Below, in pieces: positions 46,770 to 57,013 of a stretch of 64,000 bases of DNA (position 1 is its first letter; every line of letters begins with the position of its first letter). Source of the stretch: a virus. The notes below the pieces were generated by a model. The model was not told the DNA's origin, did not search any database, and saw only the letters and a list, made by a program, of their open reading frames with translations. Position numbers and translations under genes: made by a program. The stretch lies in the IMG/VR virus record IMGVR_UViG_3300025120_000020; one strand, 5' to 3'.

Positions 46770-47114
46770 ATGAGCGAAGGATCAAAAAGAGCGGCAAGCC
46801 GTATTAGCGAGGGCCGTGATCCAAAGCTGAAGCAAGCCGGGGTAAGTGGCTACAACAAGGCGAAGAGAACTCCCGGCCACCCCAAAAAGAGTCATGTCGT
46901 TGTAGCTAAAGAAGGGGGCCAGACGAAGCTCATCAGGTTTGGTCAGCAGGGGGTAAAGACTAATCAAACAGCGGGACAAAGAGAGGCATTCAAGTCTCGT
47001 CACGCTAAGAACATCAAGAGAGGAAAAATGTCTGCGGCATACTGGGCTGACAAGGTGAAGTGGAGTAGCTCTAAAACCAAGTCTCCCTCTAAGAAGTGGA
47101 AGAAAGGATCATAA
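46770..47114 (+). CDS. Basic phage protein with KRAASRI motif
   Basis: MSEGSKRAASRISE...KLIRFGQQG...FKSRH...SAAYWADKVKW. Confidence 0.7.
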   Translation: MSEGSKRAASRISEGRDPKLKQAGVSGYNKAKRTPGHPKKSHVVVAKEGGQTKLIRFGQQGVKTNQTAGQREAFKSRHAKNIKRGKMSAAYWADKVKWSSSKTKSPSKKWKKGS

Positions 47115-47116
47115 GT

Positions 47117-47401
47117 ATGCCAGCAAAAGGACAATACAGCGCTAACGCAAGCGCCGATTCAGTAAGGCAGCGAGGATACAATTCTCGGCCAGAGCAAAAA
47201 AAGAGACGCGCTCAGAGGAATGCCGCGCACCGTGCCGCCGTCCGAATTCATGGCAAAGATGCGTTGCAAGGTAAGGAGGTTGACCATCCGGGTAGCTCAA
47301 AAAATGGATCTCTTAACAACGCCCGAACTCGGATCATATCCAAAAAGAAAAATCGACAGCTTGGAGGAGCTAAGTCTCACACAGGAAACTCAAGAAAGTA
47401 G
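47117..47401 (+). CDS. Small HNH-like protein
   Basis: GKEVDH...GSLNN...NR. Confidence 0.6.
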   Translation: MPAKGQYSANASADSVRQRGYNSRPEQKKRRAQRNAAHRAAVRIHGKDALQGKEVDHPGSSKNGSLNNARTRIISKKKNRQLGGAKSHTGNSRK

Positions 47402-47411
47402 CGGTAATAAG

Positions 47412-47708
47412 ATGCAGTCTATCAATTCAGTGATGATCGCGGGGCATCGAGTTAAAATAGCTGAGGTGCAAATGGAAGACTGCTACGGAGAATACTCACA
47501 TGAACGACGCACTATTAAACTATCCAGCAAGCTACTGGCTAAGGACTACCTTCCCACCCTTCGGCATGAAATGCTCCATGCCTCATTTCATCTCTCTGGA
47601 ATCTCTTTTCTTGATACTTTCCAAGAAGAAGCCTGCGTCCGGTGCGTAGATGAGATTTTTTTCCCCGCATATGAACGACTCTTAAAACGACTCAACCATC
47701 AACCCTAA
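47412..47708 (+). CDS. Small HExxH metallopeptidase-like protein
   Basis: TLRHEMLH...EEACVRCVD. Confidence 0.65.
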   Translation: MQSINSVMIAGHRVKIAEVQMEDCYGEYSHERRTIKLSSKLLAKDYLPTLRHEMLHASFHLSGISFLDTFQEEACVRCVDEIFFPAYERLLKRLNHQP

Positions 47709-47713
47709 TAATT

Positions 47714-48613
47714 ATGACGTTCACTCATGAAAAACACGGCAAAGCCCTAAGGACAAAGTCTGTTCTTAAAAACGTAGGAGACAGTCAAGATTTCCTACTC
47801 CTCTTCGACGTTCACTGGGATAACCCAAAGTCAGATCACGAACTCCTGAAACGCCATCTCAAAGAAGCTAAGGAGCGAGACGCTAAGATATTATTTGGAG
47901 GTGATCTGTTCTGTGTTATGCAGGGACGATACGATCCTCGCCGATCTCGATCAGGAATTCGGCCAGAGCATGACACAACCCATTATCTCGATGCAGTTAT
48001 TGATACCGCAGTTGAGTTCTTTGCTCCTTATGCCGAGCAGATTATTTTTATTGGCCACGGCAACCACGAAGCCTCGGTTTCTAAGAACAACGAAACATCA
48101 GTGATTGATCGATTTGCGGAAGGCATTCGCCAACAAGGGGGTTCTCCTGTTGTGGGAGGAATTGGTTGTTGGTGGCTTTTTGGGACTTGCAACGCTAATG
48201 GAACCCGAAGGCACATGACCCCTGCGTTTTTCCACCACGGGTCTGGAGGAGGTGGTCCAGTGACGAAAGGCGTGATCCAGACAAACCGAAGAGCGGTATA
48301 TCTTCCAGATGCTAAGTTTATATTCACGGGTCACATTCACGAAAAGTGGCAGGTCTCTATGCCTCGGGACAGGATTAACACCAATACTGGTGAGTATTAT
48401 TTAGATGAGCAGATGCACGTTTGCGTTCCCACATACAAGCAGGAGTATGCTCCAGAGACCACTCAGTTCCACGACATTCTCGGGAGACCACCTAAACCGT
48501 TAGGAGGCGTTTGGTTCACCCAAACTTATATGGGCAGGAAGAAGACTGCTGCTACCGCACATCAACAAAACGGGGGCGTAATGATCAAGAACGAAATCAG
48601 GTTTACTGATTAG
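47714..48613 (+). CDS. Calcineurin-like metallophosphoesterase
   Basis: DVHWD, GGDLF, GNHE, HHG, GHIH. Confidence 0.88.
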   Translation: MTFTHEKHGKALRTKSVLKNVGDSQDFLLLFDVHWDNPKSDHELLKRHLKEAKERDAKILFGGDLFCVMQGRYDPRRSRSGIRPEHDTTHYLDAVIDTAVEFFAPYAEQIIFIGHGNHEASVSKNNETSVIDRFAEGIRQQGGSPVVGGIGCWWLFGTCNANGTRRHMTPAFFHHGSGGGGPVTKGVIQTNRRAVYLPDAKFIFTGHIHEKWQVSMPRDRINTNTGEYYLDEQMHVCVPTYKQEYAPETTQFHDILGRPPKPLGGVWFTQTYMGRKKTAATAHQQNGGVMIKNEIRFTD

Positions 48614-48648
48614 TGATGTGTATCCAATTGCATCCAATGTAATCTGAA

Positions 48649-48685
48649 CAAAAAAACCCCCGTCTCCGTTAAGAGCCGGGGGTTT
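48649..48685. terminator. Terminator between convergent modules
   Basis: A7 tract, then CCCCCGTCTC...GAGCCGGGGG-TTT hairpin. Confidence 0.6.
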
Positions 48686-48891
48686 CCAATCACTATGTTA
48701 TGTTTTGCTAAGAAATATTTGGGTCTCTGAGGCTGCTGCGGCTTGGTTCTCGACATCAAGTCGCTCAAGCAGACGCAGCAAGACAGGTCGAAACATGAGA
48801 AAAACCAGCCCCTGCCTCAGAGGAGCTAAACCATGAGGACTGAAGGAGAGCGAGGCAAGGTAAATATCACCTTTTGTTGCTCGGCTTCACC

Positions 48892-49287
48892 TTAGGACTT
48901 TGGGGCTTCCCAGATTTCGATGATCGTTTCTTCGGCGTCAAAAGACCGGACACGTTGCGGCACAAGGACGACTTCAAGATGCTCGGGGGAATCGTCTTTG
49001 CAAAGTCCGCACTCTTGAACGAGCGCGTCCAGATAGTGCTTTGCTGCGGCTCCCAATCCGTCGTAGTCTCGGGATCGGACGGTTCGGACGGTAACGATTG
49101 CAACAAAGCGGCTCGCTGCTGGTTCCTCACTTTGTGGTCGAGGCCGATGTTTCGGTTCCTCTTGATTGCATTTAGCGTCGGGCCGACTTGTGGTATTCGG
49201 ACATGAGCTATCTTTTTTGTGCCACTGTCCGTCAGAGCCTTCTTCAAAACCTGCGCTACGAAGCTGTTCTTCATTGAATTTTGGCAT
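48892..49287 (-). CDS. RusA-like Holliday junction resolvase
   Basis: RDYDGL...KHYLDAL...GLCKDD. Confidence 0.65.
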   Translation of the reverse strand: MPKFNEEQLRSAGFEEGSDGQWHKKDSSCPNTTSRPDAKCNQEEPKHRPRPQSEEPAASRFVAIVTVRTVRSRDYDGLGAAAKHYLDALVQECGLCKDDSPEHLEVVLVPQRVRSFDAEETIIEIWEAPKS

Positions 49288-49292
49288 TGGGG

Positions 49293-49760
49293 TTAGAATT
49301 CATCGTCTCGCCAATCAAACAGGACCAGAGCTTGGCGGTCAAAGATATAGTTTTTTGGCTGAGAATTTTCCTCCCCACCCGCCATGCTACTGACCGGACG
49401 TAAACGAACTCCGATTGCATCGTATTCGCCTCCCGGTTCAATTTCAATCACTTCACCGACTCGACCGTAGTGGGTTGGGTCACAGTAAGTCGAGCCACTC
49501 AAAACGCGAATTCGATCACCAACTTGCAATCCGTCTTTTTTATTAGCTGGTGACGCAGCAGGAACGAGCGGGATACGCATGAACATCCCCTCTTTTTCAT
49601 TGGGGGTCTCCCCGAATACAGACGGATTCCCTCCGTCTCGCAGCTCTTTAGCCATGTTGCCCAGTTCGAAACATTCCCTCGGGCTATATGCTCTGATGCA
49701 TAAAGTTGCCAAATCTCCAAAGTCTTTTGACTCGGATGGCTTCTCAATTGTGACTTTCAT
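49293..49760 (-). CDS. Hypothetical protein with a KOW/SH3-like C-terminus
   Basis: LQVGDRIRV...GRVGEVIEI. Confidence 0.45.
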   Translation of the reverse strand: MKVTIEKPSESKDFGDLATLCIRAYSPRECFELGNMAKELRDGGNPSVFGETPNEKEGMFMRIPLVPAASPANKKDGLQVGDRIRVLSGSTYCDPTHYGRVGEVIEIEPGGEYDAIGVRLRPVSSMAGGEENSQPKNYIFDRQALVLFDWRDDEF

Positions 49761-50185
49761 GTTTTCTGTTTTTTGGGGTTTATTTTTTGCTTTACTCGCT
49801 CGCGCTTGGAGTTGAACAAAGGAACGAGCGAGCGCCATTTGCCCTTTGTTTTGTGTATGTAGCCTTTTTTCGTGAGCGACTTAATGCAATTCACGGCTGA
49901 GTTGTTTGATTTCCAACCCATGTATTCCATTAGCTCTCCAGAAGTCGGAGATTGTCCGGTTTGCAGATAAAAACTAACGATGAAATCAAGAGATAAGGAT
50001 TGCAACTTAGTTAATCCGGACAGGAGGTCTTCTGGAACCTCCCGTGCGTTTCTGAGAACGTAATTCCTCAAGGTCTCGTCAGCGTCCCGTAATGTATCAG
50101 ACGCTTGCCTCCTCTGCTTTAGAAGGAATGCAATCACCGGATCAACTTGTAGCTCTTCGGGAACTTGGAACCATTCGTTTTTCAT
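49757..50185 (-). CDS. LexA-type winged-helix DNA-binding protein (no peptidase domain)
   Basis: LTKLQ...SPTSGELMEYMGWKSNNSAVNCIKSLTKKGYI. Confidence 0.75.
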   Translation of the reverse strand: MKNEWFQVPEELQVDPVIAFLLKQRRQASDTLRDADETLRNYVLRNAREVPEDLLSGLTKLQSLSLDFIVSFYLQTGQSPTSGELMEYMGWKSNNSAVNCIKSLTKKGYIHKTKGKWRSLVPLFNSKRERVKQKINPKKQKT

Positions 50186-50357
50186 TCTGATCCACCTTCC
50201 TCGTCTACGCTACCAATCGCCATCGCGGAAAGCACCACGCATATTGAGGCAATAGCGCTTGTCCAAAGTGACCACCCCCTCTGGAGGGCCGCTCCAGAAA
50301 GAAAAAATAAGATTGCGCATATGAAAGATGCGATTAGTCCAAATTTTGTTTTTTTGC

Positions 50358-51680
50358 TCATATTTTAGGAACCTCCTTAAATGATGTAGTGTCGTTGAAA
50401 AACTCCAGATTTACCTCCCCTGTTCCACCGCTCCTATTCTTTGCGATGATCGCGGATGCCTCGCTCGCGCTCTTAGCTTGGTCGCGGTGAAGTAATATAA
50501 CAGCGTCTGCGTCCTGTTCCAAATCTCCGGACTCCTTGAGTGACTCAAGGTTCGGCTTCGGAAGCTCGGTTGTTGCGCTTGCGGATGCGTATGCGTTACC
50601 CGTCCTCTTGAGCTGAGCCAGAGCTATCACGGGCACATCCAGCTCTTTGCTCAGGGCCTTGAGGGCTCCGGACACTTCTCCTACTTCCTCCCTCTTCGAC
50701 ATGCGGCTCTTGGGCTCGACGCCTCGGACGAGTTGAATGTAGTCCACAATAATGCACTTCACCCCATCCTTAGACACAGCTCGGCGGGCTCGGGATCTCA
50801 GAAGCTCGACGTTGATTCGGTCGGTGTCGTCAATCCAGAGAGGCCAGCTTTTCATAGCCTTCAACCCCTTTCGGATCGCTTCTAAATCCCTTTTGACCAA
50901 AGCGCCTTGCAGCGAGGTAGTCGGGTTTACCCCGCAATGAGTTGCAAGAAGTCGTTGCTGCAACTGGGTTTTTGACATTTCGCAGGAGAAAAACATGCAT
51001 CCCACACCCTGCGAGACAAGGTCCACAGCAAGCTGGCCAGCGAATCCGGTCTTCCCCACGCCGGGACGCGCTCCGACGAGGTAGAGCTTCGATCCTTGCA
51101 ACCCGTCGAGAAACTTTTCGATCTGAAAATACCCAAAAGGCATCCCTTTGATTGCTCCGGGGTTTTGCACCCGCCACTGGATCTCATGTATAAGTTCATG
51201 AAGCTCTCCAACATGCGACACGCCGCCAGATGTAAGGTGACCTTGCAGGTGGAGCCTCGCTTGGCTCGTAGCAACCTCAAGCGACTCGATGGGGATGATC
51301 GCCTTATCAGCCCCTTCGGTAGCCTTGGAGAAGGCATCTGCACTTGCCGAAGCAATTTCTCGCCTCGCTGCGGTGTCCCTAAGGACATCCATAACACTAT
51401 CAGGTGCGCTTCCCGGTATTGCCCCGGCTAACTTATCAAACAGACCTCGCAACTCATCAGATGAGCCGTGAAGGCGCAAGGACTCGCTGGTAAGAGGCTT
51501 CCCTGCTGCCGCAAGGTCATAGATAGCCTCGCATAACTCCTTCCGCTCCCCAGTCAGAGTGTCGGTTACCGAGTGATGCTCGGCCAGCAACTTCGGGTCG
51601 TTGCAACCGTGGCTGATCCAAGACTCTTCGGCGATTAGATCATAGAGAGACTCACGGGCCTTTCTCCTATCGTCGCTCAC
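50358..51680 (-). CDS. dnaB: Replicative helicase, DnaB family
   Basis: GARPGVGKT, FSCEM, IVDYIQL, LAQL, LKESGDLEQDAD, IAKNRSG. Confidence 0.93.
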   Translation of the reverse strand: MSDDRRKARESLYDLIAEESWISHGCNDPKLLAEHHSVTDTLTGERKELCEAIYDLAAAGKPLTSESLRLHGSSDELRGLFDKLAGAIPGSAPDSVMDVLRDTAARREIASASADAFSKATEGADKAIIPIESLEVATSQARLHLQGHLTSGGVSHVGELHELIHEIQWRVQNPGAIKGMPFGYFQIEKFLDGLQGSKLYLVGARPGVGKTGFAGQLAVDLVSQGVGCMFFSCEMSKTQLQQRLLATHCGVNPTTSLQGALVKRDLEAIRKGLKAMKSWPLWIDDTDRINVELLRSRARRAVSKDGVKCIIVDYIQLVRGVEPKSRMSKREEVGEVSGALKALSKELDVPVIALAQLKRTGNAYASASATTELPKPNLESLKESGDLEQDADAVILLHRDQAKSASEASAIIAKNRSGGTGEVNLEFFNDTTSFKEVPKI

Positions 51681-52714
51681 TTGGGATGGTATCCTTTCAC
51701 TGCCGAGGTTTTCATCACCCGTTCACGCGCCGTCTGAGTCAAGCCGTCTCCGCGAGGTATTTGATCCGTTGGCAAAGCCGTCATGCGGTTCCGGTCCACC
51801 AGAGCCGCCTCAATGTTGTAAATCCACTGAGAGACATCTTTCCTGTCGAGACTAAGATTTCCGTAGAAAGCACCAATGTCATTAGTCCCCTCGGCCTCAC
51901 GCTGCAATCGGTAGTAGGCAATCAGACGCTCTTGCAACTGAGCGACGCCCTCATTGCGAGATCGCTCCATTCCAAAGTGGTCTTGAAGCTCCTTCATGCA
52001 TGCCACAAACTTTGATCGAGACCAGACATCAGGCTTCTCGCTAACCGCCACAAGCATTGCATCTCGGGAGTTGTTGAATTTGATCTTGTCCTCAATGTCA
52101 TCTGGCTGAGCAAATAGCGCGGCCTCGGAGAGATAAGTCGGCGGGATAGGTAGTTGCCGAATCGGGGCGGGTATGCGTTGCACCACCACAGGCCACCTTG
52201 CAAGAGTCTTCAGCTTCCACTTGACCCCATTGCTGCGATCAAGAAGTCCAAGCTCTTCAATGGCTTCCTCAATCGTCATGTCTGTCACAGCGCGAGCCAT
52301 GTAGTCGAGTATCAACTCTCCAATCCAAAGAAGAATCTCCTTGTTCTGTCGATATTGAGCCTCGTAAAGCCAAGCAAGATTCCCGCAAACCTCTTTAAGT
52401 TTGCTCTTAGTCATATCGGGATGCAACGAAAGTTGCCCTGTCTCGGGGTCGATTTCGGCCTTCTCGGAGGCTTGGGACACATACCCGTTCATCTGCTCGA
52501 AAAACTCTTTGAGCCACTTCGGGCGAGACTGGGTCAACGTGGACCTCATTTGCGCAACTGAGTGCGCTTTGTCGAGGTCTATGATCGAATCTTCATCGTC
52601 TTGGTGTTTGTCGGTGTAGAGCTTCCCCTTCCGCAAATCAAATGCAAGCGGCTGCTCTTCTGGAGCGTTAGCCAGTCTGAAATACTTATCATCGTCTTTT
52701 GGTTCTGAGTTCAT
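51677..52714 (-). CDS. Hypothetical protein
   Basis: 345-aa ORF coupled to dnaB. Confidence 0.6.
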   Translation of the reverse strand: MNSEPKDDDKYFRLANAPEEQPLAFDLRKGKLYTDKHQDDEDSIIDLDKAHSVAQMRSTLTQSRPKWLKEFFEQMNGYVSQASEKAEIDPETGQLSLHPDMTKSKLKEVCGNLAWLYEAQYRQNKEILLWIGELILDYMARAVTDMTIEEAIEELGLLDRSNGVKWKLKTLARWPVVVQRIPAPIRQLPIPPTYLSEAALFAQPDDIEDKIKFNNSRDAMLVAVSEKPDVWSRSKFVACMKELQDHFGMERSRNEGVAQLQERLIAYYRLQREAEGTNDIGAFYGNLSLDRKDVSQWIYNIEAALVDRNRMTALPTDQIPRGDGLTQTARERVMKTSAVKGYHPK

Positions 52715-52724
52715 GGATACTTAA

Positions 52725-53771
52725 TTAGCTCTGGTTATAATCGGCAACAAGTTCCATCACGGATTCTTGCCAAGCCTTTTGGCCGCTTACGAACAACTTC
52801 TCAACATTAGTTCCTTCTTTGAGATATTTGTTCTTTGTCTCGTCATAGAGGTCATTAGCCGCTTGTCGCAATTCTTTCTCCTTATCCAGCCTCGGAGTGA
52901 CGAGGTTGATCAAAAGTTGGTCGTAGGCTTTGTCCCATAGTCCTCTCTCGTCCATTGTCGCGTCAAGCTGGTCAAGCTTGGCCTTGGCCTTTTCTTTCAA
53001 GTCATTCTCTTCATCCATCTTGTGTCCAGTAATGCAACGGTCTATTATGACTGGGTCAGCATCGCTCATTTTGCGAGAGACGGCCTTAGCTGGAGCCTCT
53101 GCCCCTTTAGCTACGGGCTTTGGCGCTCCATGAAGGCTTGGTGCCAGCGTGTGAACGTGGTGCTTGGTGCTCATCCAAAGATTTGTCGCAATGGCGCGAA
53201 CACTCTCCGGATCTTCCCTAAGCAAAGGTCGGTCGTTAACAATCTCCTTAGACTTGTCGAGGCAGAGGCAGTATCCGTAGGCGACAAGCTGCAACTCCTT
53301 ATCGAACTGAGACAATCCAGAAGACTTCGCCTCGGTCGGCTCAGGCTTAGGCTTAGGCTCGGTCGGCTCGGGCTTGGGCTCGGGCTTGGGCTTGGGCTCC
53401 TGCTGCCCCTCTGGAGGGACTGCGCGAATGGTTGCCTCTGGGTAAACTTTCACAACGATGGAGTCGTATTCTTTTCCCTGCTGCTTCCATCGGTTGACCA
53501 ACAAGCCTCGGGTCTCGCCACTTTCGTTTCGACCAGCGGCCAGTTGCAACTCATGTCCCTCTACGTTGTCAAGGATGTGGAGGGGCTGCTTCATTAGCGT
53601 GACCATGAGCTTGTTCCCTTCGTCATCTACGATAAGGAGGCTTTGTCGGCTCTGCGACCACTTGAGGTCGTTTTCTGTCTGATCTGCGGGAGCATATTGC
53701 TTTTCGATTGTTCCTCGCACTCCCGCAATGGGGGTTTTGTCAGCGAGTTCTTTGATGGATTTGATGTTCAT
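52725..53771 (-). CDS. OB-fold-like protein with a Pro/Glu/Lys linker
   Basis: VRGTI...LLIVDDEG...L OB-like N-terminus; PKPEPKPEP repeat at about 53331-53400. Confidence 0.55.
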   Translation of the reverse strand: MNIKSIKELADKTPIAGVRGTIEKQYAPADQTENDLKWSQSRQSLLIVDDEGNKLMVTLMKQPLHILDNVEGHELQLAAGRNESGETRGLLVNRWKQQGKEYDSIVVKVYPEATIRAVPPEGQQEPKPKPEPKPEPTEPKPKPEPTEAKSSGLSQFDKELQLVAYGYCLCLDKSKEIVNDRPLLREDPESVRAIATNLWMSTKHHVHTLAPSLHGAPKPVAKGAEAPAKAVSRKMSDADPVIIDRCITGHKMDEENDLKEKAKAKLDQLDATMDERGLWDKAYDQLLINLVTPRLDKEKELRQAANDLYDETKNKYLKEGTNVEKLFVSGQKAWQESVMELVADYNQS

Positions 53772-53781
53772 GATGTTCTTT

Positions 53782-54762
53782 TTATTTCTCTTGTTTTGGA
53801 TTGTAGTTTTTTACCCAGCACCAAAGGGCCTGAGCGTGTATGAAGGCTTCCCATGCTTTTTGAAGGTCTTCCTTCTTGTGGATAACCAACTCAGCATCCC
53901 AGCGGTCATCCTTCCCAGCCTTCGCATGAGTGTTGACAAGGATGTTGGCCACTGGAGTATTGTTCGGGTCCATTGCAAAACCAAGCCCCGGTGTAGTAGG
54001 GACGGCATGCAGATAGGCTCCGAGTTGCAAAAGGTCTGTCTCATACACAAGCGGTTTCTTGGTGTCAGCGCCACGGCTCTTGATGTCAGCCATTGCGATA
54101 AGAGGTTTCCCTTTGCTCGCAAGTGCGCCGTAGCCAGCATTATTGAGTTTTTCTTGGATTAACGGTTTGCTGGTGTCAAGCCAGACAAATCCATCACATG
54201 TCCCCGCAAAGCCAATAGGGTGAGACACATAGAACTCGGAGAACTCTTCGTCGGTATACATTCCAGTAGGAAGAATGTCTTCGATCAGGTCCCTGAGTGG
54301 TATCGCAACATCTTCCAGCCTCCTCCCCTCGACAATCTCCCCCTCCTTGATCGAGTCTTTTGAGGTGACGCCTTTTAGGTAGTCGGCTCCAACTTCATGC
54401 AGACGAGAGCCAAGTCGAGCAGCGGATGCCGCATGTTCCTTAGAGTCCATTACGACCCTTTTCGCAAACTCGTCCTCGCTCTCGCCGTCGATCTTCGGAA
54501 GAGTAAGGGCCGCAAGTATAGCTTGGTTGACCTTGTAGGCTTCAAGGAAGTCTTTGTGTAAAATACCAAGGATGTTTGTGACGCTCGGAAACGCATTGAC
54601 CTTCCGCGCATCGCGCAGAGTCGTTTTGCGTGTCTCGCCGTTCTTCCCGCGCTTTCCAGCGTATGGGACAGTGTGGAAGGACTTGACGCCCTTCTCGGGG
54701 TCAACCAGATACCAGTGAGATGCGGTATCTGGTCGGACTATTTGGGTAGTGTTCTCTGACAT
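53782..54762 (-). CDS. PD-(D/E)XK exonuclease
   Basis: FPSVTNILG, GSRLH, FAGTCD, ADIKS, LQLGAY. Confidence 0.8.
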   Translation of the reverse strand: MSENTTQIVRPDTASHWYLVDPEKGVKSFHTVPYAGKRGKNGETRKTTLRDARKVNAFPSVTNILGILHKDFLEAYKVNQAILAALTLPKIDGESEDEFAKRVVMDSKEHAASAARLGSRLHEVGADYLKGVTSKDSIKEGEIVEGRRLEDVAIPLRDLIEDILPTGMYTDEEFSEFYVSHPIGFAGTCDGFVWLDTSKPLIQEKLNNAGYGALASKGKPLIAMADIKSRGADTKKPLVYETDLLQLGAYLHAVPTTPGLGFAMDPNNTPVANILVNTHAKAGKDDRWDAELVIHKKEDLQKAWEAFIHAQALWCWVKNYNPKQEK

Positions 54763-54888
54763 AAATATGATGTTCGGTAGTTCTTTTACTTAAACTTGCC
54801 CAGCAGCATAAAGGCGAAAGAAATCATCAGAACAGTCCATACGAGGGACATGATGGCTGAGTCGATCTCAAGCTTCATTATAGGCAGC

Positions 54889-55998
54889 TCAATCAAGGGT
54901 TGTATATTTGTTGGAACTTTCCATTCCGTCAACCTCTGATTTTGCATATTTAGCGAATCGCTCGCCCCACTTTAACCAGCAATCGCCAATGTCCATTCCG
55001 TCAGGAACTTTGCTTCCGATATTGTCAAAAGTTTCAACTCCGCTGGCATGAGCTATCACATGTTGTTGCATTTTTATGGTTGCTTCTCGGCCAGCAGTGT
55101 CGGCGTCATACCAAACTCCCACGTTGCGATAAGCAAGGTATCCGTGAGTAATGCGGGGCTCGGGTAAAACTTTGGAGCCCGGAACCCCAAGAGCCGGGAT
55201 TCCAAGTTGCAACATTGTGATGCAGTCTGATTCGCCTTCGACGACCATGATTTTTGGTCTCTCGCCGCCAATCTTTACCGCAGATACGAGCTGCTCTCCA
55301 AAGAGGTGTTGAGCACTCTTGCCCTCCCACCACATGGTCATTTTTGAAGAGCTTGCGTCAAACCTCAGCTTGCAAGCCTTGCCATAGGAATGGTTCTCGT
55401 AAAGCCATGCAATCGCGGGCTGGCGAAGCGCTGGGTGTTCAAGAACTCCAACCATTTTAGACTCAACAAGACACTTCATGAAATCCAAATCAATATTCTT
55501 AGATGAACAGAACTCGGTCAGGATATTGCCGCCCTTGTCGAGGTATTGCAGTGCTTGGTCGATCATTTGACCTTGCATCTCTTCGGTGTAGTGACCGAGC
55601 TTTTCTCGGAACGTATGACGCTCTTGCTTTTTCTGCTTGTCATTGTCTCGGCTGAACTGAGATCGAGGTGGAGGCGGGACGGATAATCCTGAGGGGATTT
55701 CTCCTGCTTGCAATCCAGCGAGTTTTCCGCACTCAACGATAGCGGTGTGCTTGTCGCAACCACTCAGCTCACCCCAGAGAGTGATCACATCGCCAGCGGC
55801 CCCGCACCCAAAACATTTGTAGAGTTTCCCATCCTTGCTAATAGATAAGGATGGGTTATTTTCTCCATGAATGGGGCAGAGAGCTTTGATGCTTCCGTCT
55901 GCCACCTCGTATCCGAAACGCCTAAGAACGCCCCACACAGTGATCCGCTCTTTTATCTCTTCAGTGTCGAAGTGATTTCGTTGCTTATGGTCATTCAT
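54889..55998 (-). CDS. DNA primase (CHC2 zinc finger plus TOPRIM)
   Basis: CPIHGENNPS...CFGCG; VVEGESD; YDADTAG. Confidence 0.88.
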   Translation of the reverse strand: MNDHKQRNHFDTEEIKERITVWGVLRRFGYEVADGSIKALCPIHGENNPSLSISKDGKLYKCFGCGAAGDVITLWGELSGCDKHTAIVECGKLAGLQAGEIPSGLSVPPPPRSQFSRDNDKQKKQERHTFREKLGHYTEEMQGQMIDQALQYLDKGGNILTEFCSSKNIDLDFMKCLVESKMVGVLEHPALRQPAIAWLYENHSYGKACKLRFDASSSKMTMWWEGKSAQHLFGEQLVSAVKIGGERPKIMVVEGESDCITMLQLGIPALGVPGSKVLPEPRITHGYLAYRNVGVWYDADTAGREATIKMQQHVIAHASGVETFDNIGSKVPDGMDIGDCWLKWGERFAKYAKSEVDGMESSNKYTTLD

Positions 55999-56333
55999 AG
56001 CAACGATCCTTGCTCAAGGACTGGCGAGGTTGATCCGAATTTCTTTGTTATAACGTGAATCTCCATCGCCCCCGCTCTCTTCGCCATGTGAGCGATACGA
56101 GAGCGGAGATCGGCGATTGAGTGTTGCACCTCATCAACGGTTGCGTAGTCAACGTGGCGATAGCCTTGCTGCGTGTTGCTTACCAACATGCAAGAACCAT
56201 TGGCGATTGCCCTTATTTTCGCTCCGTTGAACCCGGTGCCTTGTTCAAGCTCCTTGGATTTCATCCAATTGGAGCCGATGACCCGCTTGACGGTTGCAAC
56301 GTCTTCGGGTGTGAATGATGTATATTTAGCCAT
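55995..56333 (-). CDS. Winged-helix hypothetical protein
   Basis: HTH-like KSKELEQGTG...IRAI, GY. Confidence 0.45.
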   Translation of the reverse strand: MAKYTSFTPEDVATVKRVIGSNWMKSKELEQGTGFNGAKIRAIANGSCMLVSNTQQGYRHVDYATVDEVQHSIADLRSRIAHMAKRAGAMEIHVITKKFGSTSPVLEQGSLL

Positions 56334-56665
56334 AATGATGTTCGATTTGGGGTTATTAGCTTTTACGCTTAGCTGCCTTCTTAGCTACCTTCTTCTGGGT
56401 TGGTGCCTTGCGAGCCCGTTTAGACTTTGCTGTTACAGGTTCGCGTGACTCGTCAATATCAGGAGTTGAAGGATCGTCTGCAACATAGCGACCCTTTGAT
56501 CGGGCTCGGACAGTTGCACGGTTAGCTAACTCCTCTTGGAGGTCTTCCAAAACCTTGGGTATCCCTCGGAACCTAATCGGTGTTCGGGCGTTCTTTAAAA
56601 TTTCAGCTACTGCATCTTTGGCGTCTTCCAGTGTTAGTATTGGTTTTTTCATTTGGTTTTTTTCT

Positions 56666-56910
56666 TTAAGTGTTTCTGCCACTTTCAAGAAGCCCCCGTT
56701 CGGTGGCCTCAGTAGGGTTGTCATGAATCCATCTGTGACAGAGTGGATGGACCCAAAAGTATCTCAATAGGTTTTCGCTACGGCGCCCCTTCGGGTGATG
56801 GGGTTCCATTTCTTTCTTCATGCTTTTCTCCATGCAGCATTTGCAAACTTGCATTGGAGGGTCAGCTATTTTCATGGCTTTGTATTTTTCTCGTAGCGCC
56901 TGTTTTTTCA
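56666..56910 (-). CDS. Small HNH endonuclease
   Basis: CKCC...EPHH...GR..ENL...CHRWIH. Confidence 0.7.
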
Positions 56911-57013
56911 TCTTAGAAGGAACTGGATTATTTTGTAAAATCCCAAGCCTGAGACGAAGACAGTAAGCAGGACTGTGCATCCGAATACTACTGTCTCGAA
57001 AAGGTCTCGATCC

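Noticed and set aside
53782-54762. Cas4/CRISPR association of the exonuclease
   Set aside because: No Fe-S cysteine cluster or array; fits an ordinary phage recombination nuclease.
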